The notes: generated by a model not told the origin, from the sequence alone. Counted from the whole stretch's first letter, positions 1 to 14,019 are shown. The stretch is DNA of 63,793 nt, filler included, from Octopus bimaculoides (GCF_001194135.2; 5 parts of 5 records of this genome joined end to end with filler, not necessarily neighbours in it), one strand, 5' to 3'. Program-made: numbers and translations.

Positions 1-16
1 TATATAAGTATATGTT

Positions 17-225
17 CGTGTGTCTGTGTTTGTTCCCCCACCATCACTTGACAACTGATGTTGGTGTGTTTACGTCCCTGTAGCTTAGCGGTTCGGCAAA
101 AATGCCCTATAGAATAAGTACTAGTCTTACAAAGTATAAGTCCCTGGATTGATTTGTTCCACTAAAAGGCGGTGCTCCAGCATGGCCATAGTGAGATGAA
201 TGAAACAAGTAAAAGAATAAAGGAA
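17..225 (+). mobile_element. SINE family A, 3' half (head outside window or lost)
   Basis: Contains the recurrent block cttgacaac..gttggtgtgtttacgtcc..ttagcggttcggcaaa..agaataagtact..ggcggtgctccagcatggcc..tgaaacaagtaaaagaataaa seen in about 10 other copies in the window. Confidence 0.85.
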
Positions 226-1031
226 TATATTTAATGAGGGAAAATGAAAATGGATTTGGTATGAATCTTTATTCAAAATGACGATCATTTCGACCCATCT
301 GGCAGCTCTCCCTTTCATTTAGGATATTGTGCATCTAATTTTTTTGCATCGATCAGTGCAGCCTGTGTCTCCTCAGGCGTTTGGTATAAAAAAAACATCA
401 TACTACACGCACTGAGTTCTTCCAGATATGTTGTACTCTCTCGAAGATGTGCATATATGTACTTCTGTTTGTTTATTTGTGTATTTGTGTGATTATCCAA
501 CTCCCTCCACCCCGCTAAAAAAAAAAATAAAGAAAGTTTGAGACAATCAGACTTTAAAGAATTAGAAAATTATAACAAGTGTGAAGATGCTTATATCAAA
601 TAATTGCATAGCATTTGCGTAAACACAACTAAGACAATAGGACATATATTTCTTGATACGAAATTACAACTGTAGAAATATATTGATATCTTTGCTGAAT
701 TCAAGCCGATGAAAGACGATGTTTTAAGTATATCGACTTTATTTAGGATATATTAAAATTAATGAAATGAAAGAGGGCACATTATACATTTATGGAATTT
801 TGCTTCTGTTTGAAATGAGTAATTGTAGATGAAATGATGTGTTATGGTTCTGTCTAGCATATGATTTTAATTACTAATCATATCAGTAATTTTCAACCCG
901 AAACAAAGGAAATCATATACATTTAAAATAATGAGTGGATTAGATGAGCTTACGACCTAATTACATTATCACCTCATTAACAATCTATTTTGCCGTCCCT
1001 CTACTGCCACTAGTTTCACAAACATAATGTC

Positions 1032-1090
<59 letters not shown>

Positions 1091-1100
1091 TAACAACAAC
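1032..1100. repeat. (AAC)n microsatellite
   Basis: Direct reading; source of the poly-Val ORF 969..1223. Confidence 0.95.
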
Positions 1101-1473
1101 AGTTTTAGCATCTTCAACGTTATAGCCAACGAGACTAACTAACCTATCATTCTCAGCATGGTCGTCAACAATAACAATAACACCAACAACAATAGTAAAC
1201 ACACACAAAAAGAAAATGCTCATTCTTCAACCAATTATTAATTCAAAGTTTCAGGAAGTTATTTTCAACGAAGCTTGAAATCTAATCAAAGCTATATATT
1301 GAAAGCAAATTACCAATCTGTTAACTTCCAAAAGCAAATTAGATCGTCTGAATAACATTTTAATGTAGAATATAAAGGAAAGGAAAGATCCTGTTGACCG
1401 CAATTTAAGGTTGGGTATTAAAGTGTGATTTTCAAAATGCCTGACAATGAAAACTGTATCAGTTTCCCAAGTA

Positions 1474-2776
1474 TTGCGTTGGCAACTAAGTTACCGCCAT
1501 TTAAAAAAAATTTAATTTCTTTAAAATTTAATTTTTTAAAAGGTTTAATAAAAAATAACAACTAATTAATCAATAATGTATTCACCCTTGTTGTTTACAA
1601 CTTCTTCCCAACGTTCAACAAGATTTTCAATACCTCGTTGGTAGAAATCACCCGATTTCGACTCGAAAAATTGATCCAACCAAGCTCTCAATTCCGTATC
1701 AGTATTGAACGAAACTCCGTGCATAGCATTTGAAAGCGATAGAAAGAGGTGGAAATCCGTTGGTGCCAAATCAGGAAAGTACGGCGGGTGTGGCAGCACT
1801 TCCCAGTCATGCGTTTGAATGACTTCCTTGGTCATATTGGTGATATGAGGGTGGGTGTTGTCGTGCAGCAGAAGAACCCCATGCTGACGATTAGGTCGTT
1901 TCTCTTGAATAGCCGTGTTGAGTCGTTCCATCTGTTGAACAGAGTTCCGCGTTGACCATGTGGTTCCNNNNNNNNNNNNNNNNNNNNNNNNNNNNNNNNN
2001 NNNNNNNNNNNNNNNNNNNNNNNNNNNNNNNNNNNNNNNNNNNNNNNNNNNNNNNNNNNNNNNNNNNNNNNNNNNNNNNNNNNNNNNNNNNGACGAAGCA
2101 ATTCGTTACGCTGCTTCGTGTTGATGTACAGGCACCATTTTCCGTCGTCAGTAACGATTCGGTAAAGAAACCGGTTCTTGTGTCCATGAGTTGAGCGGTG
2201 ACGAGCAAGCAATCCAGCGTAGATTGTGGCTCGTTGATTTTTGTTGTTGTCACATAAAGCATGTGGAACCCATGCTCCATACTTCTGAACCTTTCCCAAC
2301 GAGTGAAGATGCTTCTCTATAGCAGTGTGGGAGCATTCTGCCAGTTCCCTTGTCGTTTGACGAGAATTTTCGCGCAAAAGTTGGTTTAATTGTTCTTCAT
2401 CGAACTCAACTGCACGGCCAGAACGAGGTGCGTCTTTGAGGTTAAAATTTCTATTTTTGAACTTGACATATCAATCACGAGCGGTTCTTTCAGCGTGGTT
2501 CTTCATACACAGCACAAATGTCGCGAGCAGCTTTTGCGGCCTTAGAACCCTGATTAAAAGCAAAAAGGAAGTGTCGAAAACGCACGTTTTTCTTAACTTG
2601 ACATTCCATTTTACTGATCTGAAAATAAAAAAAAGTTAACTAAAAGTAACTAGAAAAAGAATCAGATTCCAAAATGATCCAAGAAAAGAATTTTCGAAAA
2701 AAATAAACTCCAGAATTTAAAAACGCAATAAATTCCAAAATTTAAAAATATGGCGGTAACTTAGTTGCCAACCCAA
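1474..2776 (-). mobile_element. Full-length but inactivated mariner (DD34D) DNA transposon, probably mellifera subfamily
   Basis: TIRs ttgcgttggcaactaagttaccgccat (from 1474) and atggcggtaacttagttgccaacccaa (to 2776), TA on both flanks (1472-1473, 2777-2778), about 1.3 kb, encloses a mariner transposase. Confidence 0.95.
1566..2609 (-). pseudogene. Mariner transposase pseudogene (frameshifts, stops, internal gap)
   Basis: MECQVKKNVRFRHFLFAFNQGSKAAKAARDICAVY..DAPRSGR (HTH region), WVPHAL (WVPHEL), IVTDDGKW (first D), LLHDNTHPH (second D), YFPDLAPTDFHLF (YSPDLAP motif, third D). Confidence 0.95.
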
Positions 2777-3212
2777 TAGAATATATATTCGAACCTGTCA
2801 TCGTCACATTTGCTTCGTAGAAACGTCCCACTGTACAGTTAGCTATAAGCGATATAGAGTTGGAAACAAGGTGAATTTAGTATGAATTTAGCACAATAAA
2901 ATTTTAGTTGTTGTTAGAAATCGTTTCATCGTATTTTTAGTGTCTGTTCTAATAATCAGAATTGAAAATCATCGAGAAAATGTGATTGAACAGGCTTTAT
3001 CTCGGTTTTAATGCTAACAGCTTAACAACTATAATAATCTGACATCGTTAATCCTTTCACCTTAGTTTTTATATCAAAGCTATTTGAGAAGTCACTCAGA
3101 ATGTTTGATTTAGACTTATAATGTTTCAATCTCACATACGCAAAACTAGAAGTGCAAATAAATACATGCTTCAACACGTATTTACAGTTCTCTCTGTGAT
3201 ATACGGTCACTC

Positions 3213-3418
3213 TATGTATGTATGTATGTATGTATGTTATGTATGTATGTATGTATGTATGTATGTATGTATGTATGAATGTATGTATGCATGTATGTAT
3301 GCATGTATGCATGTATGTATGTATGTATGTATGTATGTTTGTATTATGTATGCATGCATGTTATATATATGTATATATGTATGTNNNNNNNNNNGTATGC
3401 ATGCATGTTATATATATG

Positions 3419-3450
<32 letters not shown>

Positions 3451-3490
3451 CATGCATGTATGTATGTATGTATGCATGTATGTATGTATA
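3213..3490. repeat. (TATG)n/(TGCA)n compound microsatellite
   Basis: Direct reading; produces the MYVC/HTYI-type ORFs. Confidence 0.95.
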
Positions 3491-4042
3491 AATCTATCTA
3501 TCTATTTGCATAGCCACACCTACATCTATATCCACCATCCTTACACACACTTGGATACTCGCGAATGCACACATATACTGTATATGTATATTTATGAAAT
3601 TAAGTATATGCAGGTGTGTGCATACGTTTCAGTGCGCGTGTGTGACTGTGAGTTTGGTGTGTATGTGCGAGTATGGGGGTGTATGTATATACGTATATAT
3701 ATGTATATATTTATTTATTTATATTTATATATATACACAGACACGCGCACACACTAACGTACATATGTATTTATGTGCCAATGTATGTTTCTTTGCATAA
3801 ATATATTTATGAATATATANNNNNNNNNNNNNNNNNNNNNNNNNNNNNNNNNNNNNNNNNNNNNNNNNNNNNNNNNNNNNNNNNNNNNNNNNNNNNNNNN
3901 NNNNNNNNNNNNNNNNNNNNNNNNNNNNNNNNNNNNNNNNNNNNNNNNNNNNNNNNNNNNNNNNNNNNNNNNNNNNNNNNNNNNNNNNNNNNNNNNNNNN
4001 NNNNNNNNNNNNNNNNNNNNNNNNNNNNNNNNNNNNNNNNNN

Positions 4043-4092
<50 letters not shown>

Positions 4093-5287
4093 AATATGTA
4101 TATGTATGTATATGTATATCTTTGTATGCATGTATGTGTACATGTCTATATACGTATGCATGTATTTTTATTTGCGATACGCATGTATGCCTTTTACATA
4201 GAGATTTCTTTTCGAAAAAGATTAAACAAAGATGCGACATCGTAAAATTGATATTGAACACAAAAACACATTTTTGCTAGAAGAAATCTATCGTTCGTTC
4301 ATTGAAATATATATCAAAAGGTGTGGGTTATGTTTTGCAAAGATAAGCTTAACTACACTGGTATTTTTATGTTGGATCTTTCATTAATTTCTATATATCT
4401 TTATCTATTCATTTAGTCACATATTTATTTAATTATATATCCCTTTGTTTGATGTGTATTCAAAATTACGACTTTGCTTAGATGTTACTTCACTGTATTT
4501 TGTTTTTTTTTTTGTTAGTTTTGTTTGTTAGTTCATCTTGTGTGTGAGTGTGTGTGTGTGTGTTTGTCTTTGTGTACGCGCGCGCGTGCCTGCGTGCACG
4601 TTTGTGCACGTTCATCTGAGTGTATACAGTGCATCTGATAGTTAGATATAAACTTTCGTCTCCCAAAGTTTGTTTCAAGGAATGTATTCCACAAATCCAT
4701 TTAACTAGAAAAGTAATTTTATACTAAATTTAATAAGGTATAACAGGGTATTCCTAAGAATTCTGTGTCGCATTCTATCCTGACACTTTGACACTTTATG
4801 TCGCTTGCTTTTCACTATTGTTCTCCCATTCAATTCTGTCACATTTCCCTCATCTGCTAATAAAACACCTGCTCATATTAAAATCCTGATCGTAATAGAA
4901 ATGTTCTGTAGACTTTACATCATGAATCAAATTCTCCACTTATATAACCACCTGCTTTCGAATTGATGAATTTTCGAAAACAGAGGACACAACAGAGAAG
5001 TTGCAAGTCGTGTAAGTGATGAGCGCGCTGTTTAATTTCCAGATACCTTACGTTTCACACTTTGAGATTTAATGATAGATATTAGGTCTGCAGCTGGAAT
5101 GTATCAAACAGTAGTGATCCATACAAACATACAAATATAGTCATATAGCCTTCGTCTTATTAGTGTTTTATAGAACATATGTGCATGTATGTATACATAC
5201 ATAAATGCCTACATACTCACATACACATATATATACATATATATATTCTTTTATTATTTTACTTGTTTCAGTCATTTGATTGGGGCA

Positions 5288-6144
5288 TCGGTAATCGATC
5301 GGTAAGGCGTATTTTGCATGAAGACCTGAATTTTCACCCGTACAAATTGGTCATTGGAAAACAGTTGAAACCATGGGACTATGCGGAGCGTCTTAACTTC
5401 GCACGTCAGATGGAAGTAATTTTTGAGGAAAATGACAACGTCATTTTGTTGTCGCTATTGGGCTCTTGAAAATCCGAGAGAACTGCAGGAAAGACCACTG
5501 CATAGCTCAGAAGTGACGGTCTGGTGTGTTTTTGGAAAAGCTGCCGTCATTGGTCCTTACTGTTTTTGAAGACAATAATGGAAATGCTGTTACTGTGAAC
5601 CCCGAGCGTTACGTTGAGATGATAAACAACTTATTTGTGTCTGAATTACGACGAAAACATATGCCTGTTTGATGTGTGTGGTTGCGGCAGGATGGGACAA
5701 CGGCTCACCCAGCCAGAGAATCAATGGACGTTCTTCGCCCTTTCTTCAGTGACCGCCTCTTTTCCAGGTTTACTGACATTTCTTGACCCCCTCGGTCCTC
5801 TGATTGGTCCACGTGGGATTATTTCTTCTGGGGAAACCTCCAGGCACGTGTGTGTGTGTGTGCTCAGAAGCCTCGTACATTGGACGATCTGAAGGAAGCT
5901 AGTCGCGTGGGAGTCGCCGAACGTAACAGAGCATTGCTGGAGAGAGTGAAGGCCAACTTCCAAGAACGCCTTCAGAAATGCATCAATGAAAATGGATACC
6001 GCATGATGGAAGTTGCTTTCCACACTTAATTTTGACAAATGCTAATTTAAAATAAACACTTCGATGTCAATAAAATTTGTTTGCATCTAAAATTAATGAT
6101 TTTGCGAATTTTTCAAAAACGTCCATCCTCTCTGCCTCACCCTG
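5288..6144 (+). mobile_element. 5'-truncated Tc1/mariner transposon, rosa (DD41D)-like, decayed
   Basis: Frameshifted translation VRRILHEDLNFHPYKLVIGKQLKPWDYAERLNF..ERPLHSSEVTVWC..VIGPY..AVTVNPERYVEM..QDGTTAH..DYFFWGNL..KPRTLDDLK..FQERLQKCINENG; right end ctcaccctg resembles a CAGGGTG-type TIR. Subfamily assigned from remembered motifs. Confidence 0.85.
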
Positions 6145-7134
6145 CATGTAAATGTGAGCGGGGAATATGTTGGATAAAGTCATAATTAACCGATCCTCCT
6201 GTATTTTCTTTTATCGAAAGCCAGAAACTTCTCAGCATATCCTCGTACATACATACATTACATACATGCATACATGCATATATATATACATACATACGAA
6301 TAATATACATACCTATTTACATACATTCACATAAAGTATGTTTGCATACATATTTATGTATACATACCTACATATATATATATATATATATATATGTATA
6401 CATGCACATACATGCATACTTACATGCATACATGCACAGACATGTATATATACGTACATATACATACATACATACATACATACATACATGCATACGTACA
6501 TACATGCATACACACACACACACAAAGACACACACACAGAAAGGCACACACACATACACACGCGCACACACACACACATGCACGTACGGCGAAATACATA
6601 GACATTTAATCCTTATTTTATAGAACACTAACAGATATTTTTCTGCCTTCTAGCCAGAAACTATGCCAAATATTAAGTTCCTGAAAGTTTCTTAATCATC
6701 AGAATATTATTATTCTTTTACAACAATTTCATTCAATTCGCTTTGAAAGAAAATTACCAAAGATAAATTAGCAGTAAATAGTATTAAATAAATTTCTCCA
6801 TTCACATGCTTAAGAGTAGCTTAATGTCATAAATAACTTGTCTATAAGACTAGCCTTGTTTTGCCTTCAAATCTCGTGGTGTACATTTATCAAAACAGTT
6901 TACTCTTCCAAATCACGGACAAAGTTCTGCACTCTCCAGGACCACAATAATGGAACTACAAGATTGCTAGTTTTTCAACAGAAGTGTCATTGCTTAAAAT
7001 ATGTTCGAATAACATTTTAGTTCTTTTCTTATATATGACTTGGGAGAAAATAATTGTTTTAACTAGAATCGAAACTAGATTGCGTATTCAATTCATCAAG
7101 CACTTCATCAATGTAAATCCTTTCTTCCGATATT

Positions 7135-7525
7135 TTTTATGCGTTTCACTTCAAAGGTTGTGGTCATGCTGGAGCACTGCTAGTGTTATCCCCTTTTAAA
7201 TGTTTTCTTTAGTTATTGTCTTTTGATGAAGGAGAGAATTCGACATTGCTGCTCCCTTTTGAGATTCTTTCCATGACGTAGGTTCATCAGGGGCCTTGGA
7301 GAGCAGGATGTCAAATTGTTTCTTGAAAACATCTACATTTACTCCATGTAGATATCTCAAATGTTTTGGCAAGATATTAAGTAACCATGGACCCTCGAAT
7401 CCCAAGCTATTGCAGTTCATGGTCCTCAGTCTACACGCGATGACCGGGACCTTTGGAAAAGTGCAGTGACATCTAGTTCGGGGACTTGTATAGTTCTCGA
7501 TGCCAAAATTTGGTGCCAACCCCAC
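7135..7525 (-). mobile_element. CR1-clade LINE, 5'-truncated 3' end
   Basis: ORF2 C-terminus PNFGIENY..CNSLGFEGPWLLNILPKHLRYLHGVNVDVFKKQFDILLSKAPDEP, homologous to the copy at 62636-63585, followed by the same 3' tail (gcagtgctccagcatgacc). Confidence 0.85.
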
Positions 7526-7564
7526 CAGTATCTTCTATTGATTACACATCTTTTTATCTTTTAC

Positions 7565-7703
7565 TTTTTACTAACTTCAGTTACAGGACTGCGATCATGC
7601 TGGGGCACTGCCTTGAACCGTTTAGTAAATCAAATTGACAACAGTTTTTGGTACTTATTCTATTGGTCTCTTTTGCCGAAGTGCTAGGTTATCGGGACAT
7701 AAA
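7565..7703 (-). mobile_element. SINE family A, 3' fragment
   Basis: Reverse complement of the family A tail (catgctggggcactgcc..tacttattctattggtctcttttgccgaa). Confidence 0.7.
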
Positions 7704-7952
7704 AAAACAAATGGCTAATGTAAGACAAATACAATCACAAAGGCATATAAAGATACACTTATATACACACACATCCACGTGCACGCACATCCACACACAT
7801 CCACACACACATACACACACACACACGCACACGCACACACAGACACACACGCGCGCACACACACGCACACACACGCACACACATGTTTACTAAAATTAGT
7901 GTGTTCATAAAGGAACTAAGGAATTCATCTATCTATCAGTGTATGTATATAC

Positions 7953-8180
7953 TTTTATTCTTCTATTCTTTTACGTGTTTCAGCCATTTGACAGCGGTCA
8001 GGCTGGAGTACCATCTTATAGGGTTTTAGTCCAACAAGTCGACATCAGGACTTATTTTTAAACCCAGTACTTATTCTATCAGTCCCTTTTGCCGAATCGT
8101 TATATTACAGGGACGTAAACCCACCAAGACCGATTGTCAAGCGGTGATGGAGAAGACATTCACAGATGCAAAGACACACA
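7953..8180 (-). mobile_element. SINE family A, 3' half
   Basis: tttcagccatttgacagcgg..tacttattctatc..ttttgccgaa..gacgtaaac..ttgtcaagcggtgatgg. Confidence 0.8.
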
Positions 8181-8599
8181 CGTAGATATATACTGTTATA
8201 ACACATATATATATATATTATAACAAGGAGCGATTTTCTACGTGCTTCTTTGACATGAAAGAATTAGCGGCAAAATCTTCCTCAAAAGGATGACCCAGTA
8301 AAAATGGAAATGCGAATTGAAATGATAAAAACACCCAACAAATGTTTGAATAATTGGGTAATTTTAAGGGAAATGTTGTATGATAGGGTTCTATTAAAGG
8401 NNNNNNNNNNAGAAAAAAAAAAAGCTATGAAATTTGCATAAACATTCTTCTTCTTTGTGTGTAGATTTTATTTTCAAAGAGAAAAAAAAAGTACTTTGAA
8501 AATAAAATTAAAACTAATATTCTCTTGTAAACAATAAATTACGTGACCAGAAGAAGAGTTAGAAAAGTCTTGAAAAATTACTTGTCAATTATCTTTGGT

Positions 8600-8735
8600 C
8601 TTTTAATTGTTTTGGTCATTAGACTGCGGCCTTACTGTTGCACTGCCTTGAAGAATTTTAGTCGAACAAATCTATCCCAGTACATTTTATTTAGCCTAGT
8701 ACTTATTCTACCCGTCACTTTCCCCGAACCGCAAA
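8600..8735 (-). mobile_element. SINE family A, 3' fragment
   Basis: gtcattagactgcggcc..actgccttgaagaattttagtcgaacaaatc..tacttattcta..ccgaaccgc. Confidence 0.7.
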
Positions 8736-9135
8736 GCGTGTAGGGATTGCCAATATGTTTTACTGAACTTAGAATTGATGAAATAAATACAAGGTGGAGG
8801 TTAAGAAAATGGATATATATATGTATATATATAATATGTACACACACACACATACACACACACATACACACACACATGCGTACATATACGAATCGCATGA
8901 GAGCTGTTAAATAAAAACAAATAGTGATTACCAGGAGGTCGTAGAGACAGAGAAGTCAGAAGCCGAGAAGGTGATCGTAAGTGAAGCAGCGAGAAAGTGT
9001 GGGAGAGGGAGTGAGAAACAGAGAGGTATAGGTAAAGAAGATGAATACATATTTGTTTCTCTCGAGTCAGCAGAGATTGATTTTGCACTTACTCGCACAT
9101 GCATAATCATGCACAGTCATATATAAAAATATACA

Positions 9136-9174
<39 letters not shown>

Positions 9175-11384
9175 TCTCTGTATGCATACATGCATACATG
9201 CATGCATACACATGCACATATATGTGTATTTCTGTGTGTAGAGGTATCTGAAAGCGCGGATATAAATAATCGGTAGACACGTACAGTTCTGCACATGTGA
9301 ACAACAAGTTTGTTTCTGCACTCATATACACCAGAGATATCAATATATAAAAGCATGTGTGTCTGAATTAGAATTAACCATGTATGCCGATGTTACGACT
9401 GTTCAATTTTGACACTCGTTAAAAAGTAGGAGATAATACTTTATTCTGAACAGAGCTTTGACCCACATCGCTATGACCTTAGTGTTATTCCCTTCAAGCT
9501 ATCAGTTGCTCTTGAATATTTTACTATATTCAGTTGATATTGAAAGAGGGGTAACCACAGGTGACCGTATGAGTTGTAGTACAAAAAATTGATTTCCAAA
9601 GACACTATGAAAGTTAGTATTGATGTAGTTTAACGTTGCTTTTGGTCTTAAACGAGTTGCCCTGCTGAGATTACGTGTATATTTAAAAGAATGTTTAACA
9701 GGAAATATTAAAAATGCTTTTACTATTCTATTGTACAACCATAATTCTTTGCGGTATAGGCGATAAAGCACTTTGTATATAAGATCAATTAATAGTTGAA
9801 AGCAGAAATAATGTTGCGACAGGAAAATTAATTTACAAAAGGCAAAAAGAAAAAAAAGAGCAAAGAAACAAAATTAAACCAATGTAGTTATAAACCCATT
9901 TACAAGTGTCAGAAGTTAAGGTTTTTCTCTTAGTATATAAATGTGTTGCTGACAGCTGATTATTTCTTGTGTGACAGATATTCTGTAAGAGTCAATGTCT
10001 CCAGATCATAATTGCATTTATAACTGTAATCATAGTCATATGATATAAAAATAACAATTTGGTTTGCCACAGTAGAAACACATTATAATGTATACCAATG
10101 CTTATATTTTTCTAATAACATACTATGTTTTTGCCTCGCATGCATTTCTTAAACATTTAGAAATAACATTGATATAGCTAGCGAAAAGAATATCAATGGT
10201 AGGCGTAACAAAACTACTTAATTTGAAGCATTACATGGCTTGTGATAAATTTCCATTGAATTAGAAATATAAAGGCTTCAAATTTTGGCACAAGACCCGC
10301 AATTGTGGGGCAGGGAGTAAGTTGTATAATGGTATATATATTCCTTTCTTTGATCGATGTAGCAGAGAAGGTCTAATAACATGAAAATCACCGCTTTTGT
10401 TAACGATCAGAGTATCTTTCTCTTTTCCACTGCCTATTTCCATTTATAATCAGTTGGATCTGTTGAATCAGCTCATTATTTTTTTTAAAAAGTACTTATT
10501 GTTTTTAAGTTGTATTTTTCAACAATATTNNNNNNNNNNTTTTTTTTTTTTTTTTTTTTTTACTAGAATAGGGTTTTACTAGCAAGTTATGGAGGTAATA
10601 AAGCGAATTGAAATCGATTAAACGCTAAAGCTGTTTTTTTTAGATTTGTTGAAGAAAGTAAAACGTTCTTACAGGCAAATGATCAACAGTAATCCAACCG
10701 TGACCATCCCGTGTTTTTATATGTGCAATAAGCGAATACACCATTGTCCAACGTGATCATGATAAGGTGTGATTGGTGGTGGTGGTGGTGGGATTATTTA
10801 TAGCCGGAAAAGTGACTCCATAGAGGTTACTCGTTGGTTCGGTTCTTAAATCGTGCTGCCAAAAGGTCTATTCGTTGTTAACTTTTATTTTATCCAATTT
10901 AGGTCATTACCTCTAATCATAAATTTTAGCTACTCCAATCTAGGATTGTCTTTATGGAAATGGCGCCTTATTGCTATATTTATTTTATTAAAACTAATGG
11001 CCGATTGTTACTTATTCAACAATACACGAAGATCCCGCTGTTTCTCCTCCATATTGCTATCTACAGGCTTTGCATGTTATCTAATAAACGACGCTTTTCA
11101 TTTGCAGAATAATTGATGTAGAAATGTGTAAAGTTTATCAGGGGTTATAGGACAAAACTGGGGATGTTGATTATACTAAAATCAACATTTATACTAAAAT
11201 CAATAAGAGAGCTTGCACAGCTTATTCTTGCAAGTGGTAATTTATAAAATGTGATTCTAATTTAGTTTGATAATTCAGGTTGAGTTAATTAAAGATCGCA
11301 GCTGGAAGAAAAACAAAACGAAACAAGACAAAAGGTTTTTCTTTCGGAGAGCGTTGATTATGGTGTATAATTCTTTAAAAATTT

Positions 11385-11590
11385 GACCCAAGGCCAATAG
11401 TTTTAAGGAGAGAAAGATAGTCGATTACATTGATCCAAGTACTAGACTAGTACTTTATTTCATCGGCCCCGAAAAGATGAAAGCAACGTTACCGTCGGTA
11501 GAATTTGAACTCAGAAGTTAAAGAGCCCAAGGAAATTACTGCTAAGTATTTTGTTCGACGTTCTAGCGATTCTACCAACTCGCTGCCTTT
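11385..11590 (-). mobile_element. SINE family B (tRNA head + CORE-like centre)
   Basis: tcgattacattgatccaagt..ctagtactttatttcatcggccccgaaaagatgaaag..gaatttgaactcagaa..ctaccaactcgctgcctt. Confidence 0.8.
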
Positions 11591-12164
11591 AAGAATTGGA
11601 TTTATTACAGATACAACCAGTCACTTCCACTTCAGCTGTCAAAATAAAGCTAGAACTTCGTTGCCAAAAAAATCACTATTCTAAACGAATTCGTAGAATG
11701 AGTTGCTGTAGTTTGGCTGCCATTTTTGTTAGGTTAGGTAGCCACACAGAGGGTTTCTCTATAGCTCACAAAATTATTTGCAGAGATTAATAGCATCATT
11801 CATATACTGTTGTGGCATCCGTGTTCTAGTAGGTTTTCTTCTGCGTTTGTATTTCATTAAATTCCATATTTTTGTTCTGCAGTCAATAAAACTCCAAAGC
11901 ATAACTTTTTTGCTTCTGTAGCAAATATCATGTTAAAACAATTTAGCTAGTAAGCTTTTAAAACTGCACTTGGAGGTGTATGGAGGATTACAATATTTTC
12001 ATGTAGGTAGCCAAACACAGAAACACATAAATTTATGCATATAGATTTACACGTGCGCATTAATTGTTTAAAACGTTAGGACGACTTAGATTTTAGATGA
12101 TATTATGTCATGGCATCCGTCATTAATATCTTTACCAATAATATTACTTTCATTGACACACACG

Positions 12165-12256
<92 letters not shown>

Positions 12257-12474
12257 GATTGCTCCATTTTCGCAAGTTGATGTCTCCTTGTGCTTCGTTG
12301 TTGTCAAAACCATTCTGACTTTTCGTCCATGGCCGCTCAGATTACTCGTAGCAGGTGTGTATGGTTTGAAGCATAGGTGACATACAAGAGGTGTAACTTA
12401 CTGTGCGCTTCCAACTGGTTAGATTTGCACTGGGTTGGTTCATCGAAACCGTTGCAATATTGAAGACCATGTAT

Positions 12475-12660
12475 TTTGCTGAGGTCGACTTTGTCTTTCA
12501 TCCTTTCGGGATCAATACAATAAGTACCAGTTGAGTAATGGGATCGATGTAAACGACTCGCTCCTACCTCGACTGGGGTCGATTCGTTCGACTAATATTT
12601 TTCAAGGTGGTACCCGAGCTCTCCTACAGCTTAATAATTGAAAGAAGTGAAAGAACATAT
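12475..12660 (+). mobile_element. SINE with family B central domain and family A-like tail
   Basis: gaggtcgactttgtctttcatcctttcggg..aataagtaccagtt followed by ggggtcgattcgttcgact..caaggtggtacc. Confidence 0.6.
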
Positions 12661-12662
12661 AT

Positions 12663-13008
12663 AGGCGCAGGCATGGCTGTATAGTAAGAAACTTTCTTCT
12701 CAACCACATGGTTCCGGGTTCAGTCCCACTGAGTGGCACCTTTGGCGGAAACTGAAAGAAGCCCGTCGTACATATTTATACATATATATCTACGGGTTTG
12801 TCTTTGTGTTTGTACTCCTATCACCGCTTGACAATTGGCGTCGTTGTATTTACGTCCCCGTAAACTAGCGGTTCGGCAAAATTAACTGACAGAATAAGTA
12901 CTACGTTTTAAAAAAAGTCTTGGTGTCGACTTGTTCGATTAAAATCCTTCAAGTCCCGCTCCAGCATGGTTGTAGTCAAATGACTGAAACAAATAAAAGA
13001 ATAAAAGA
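12663..13008 (+). mobile_element. SINE family A, near full length with internal deletion
   Basis: Head aggcgcaggcatggctgtatagtaagaa..ggttccgggttcagtccc (A/B-box-like), internal AT-rich microsatellite segment, tail ccagcatggttgtagtcaaatgactgaaacaaataaaagaataaaaga. Confidence 0.85.
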
Positions 13009-13049
<41 letters not shown>

Positions 13050-13059
13050 TGTGTGTGTT

Positions 13060-13115
<56 letters not shown>

Positions 13116-14019
13116 TGTGTGTGTGTCTCGATACTTGTTTTCTCTGTTTGTATGATTGACTCATTTACTGCCAAATCATTACATGCTACATAACATTTGA
13201 TAATTTACTGTTCTGGCATGCTTAACATTAATAATCGATTCATCATTATTACTTCTTTACACCCACCATGGACACAGCGCAATATATTGACATATATAAA
13301 TGTTTCCATGAAAATATGCTGGTCAGTTACATAATTTCTGCAAGTCGTTTCAGACTGTAAATGAAATCAATGTTCTGACAAGTGTAAGCGTGTTGTTAAC
13401 GTTTCATTTCACAGCGTTTTCGAACGCTATGAAATAATTTTTCTACGACAAAGAGTAATCCTGTAAAACAATTAAAACTATGCGACACCACACTGGAGGT
13501 CGAAGATGTATCATAGTAAATGGTTTAATGGAATGAGGACTTTCCTGCAGGTGGTTAGTTATTGTTACTGGGAATTGAGCAAAAAGGAGACATGGATACA
13601 TGTTCCACTAAATACTCACATTATTTATTCTTTCTCATATGACTACCATTTTATAAGTATAATTTGCTTTGTTTATAAAGATACTGTATACAATGCTTGA
13701 GATTATATATATATACATATACAAGAATAAGGGCAGGGAATCGTCAATTAGTAATAGAATTAATAATTAACAATTTTGCCAAGTAGTTCAGTATGAAAAA
13801 ACCTTTATCGGTAAAACCATTTACCATCATAAATATACAGGGATTAGCATTGAGTTGCTTCTCCAACATACTGAAAATTTAGAAATAGCAGTCAAAGAAC
13901 TACTGATTCTAAACTACAAATTTTTCTCTAAACGGATGGCGATATTTATGGCACACATAGAATCAGTAGTTCTCTGACTGCTATTTCTAAATTTTCGGTA
14001 TGTTGGAGAAGCAACTTAA

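Noticed and set aside
127-500. Adjacent minus-strand ORFs 315..500 and 127..318 as a gene
   Set aside because: No recognisable domain, no good splice sites, and the second ORF runs into a SINE.
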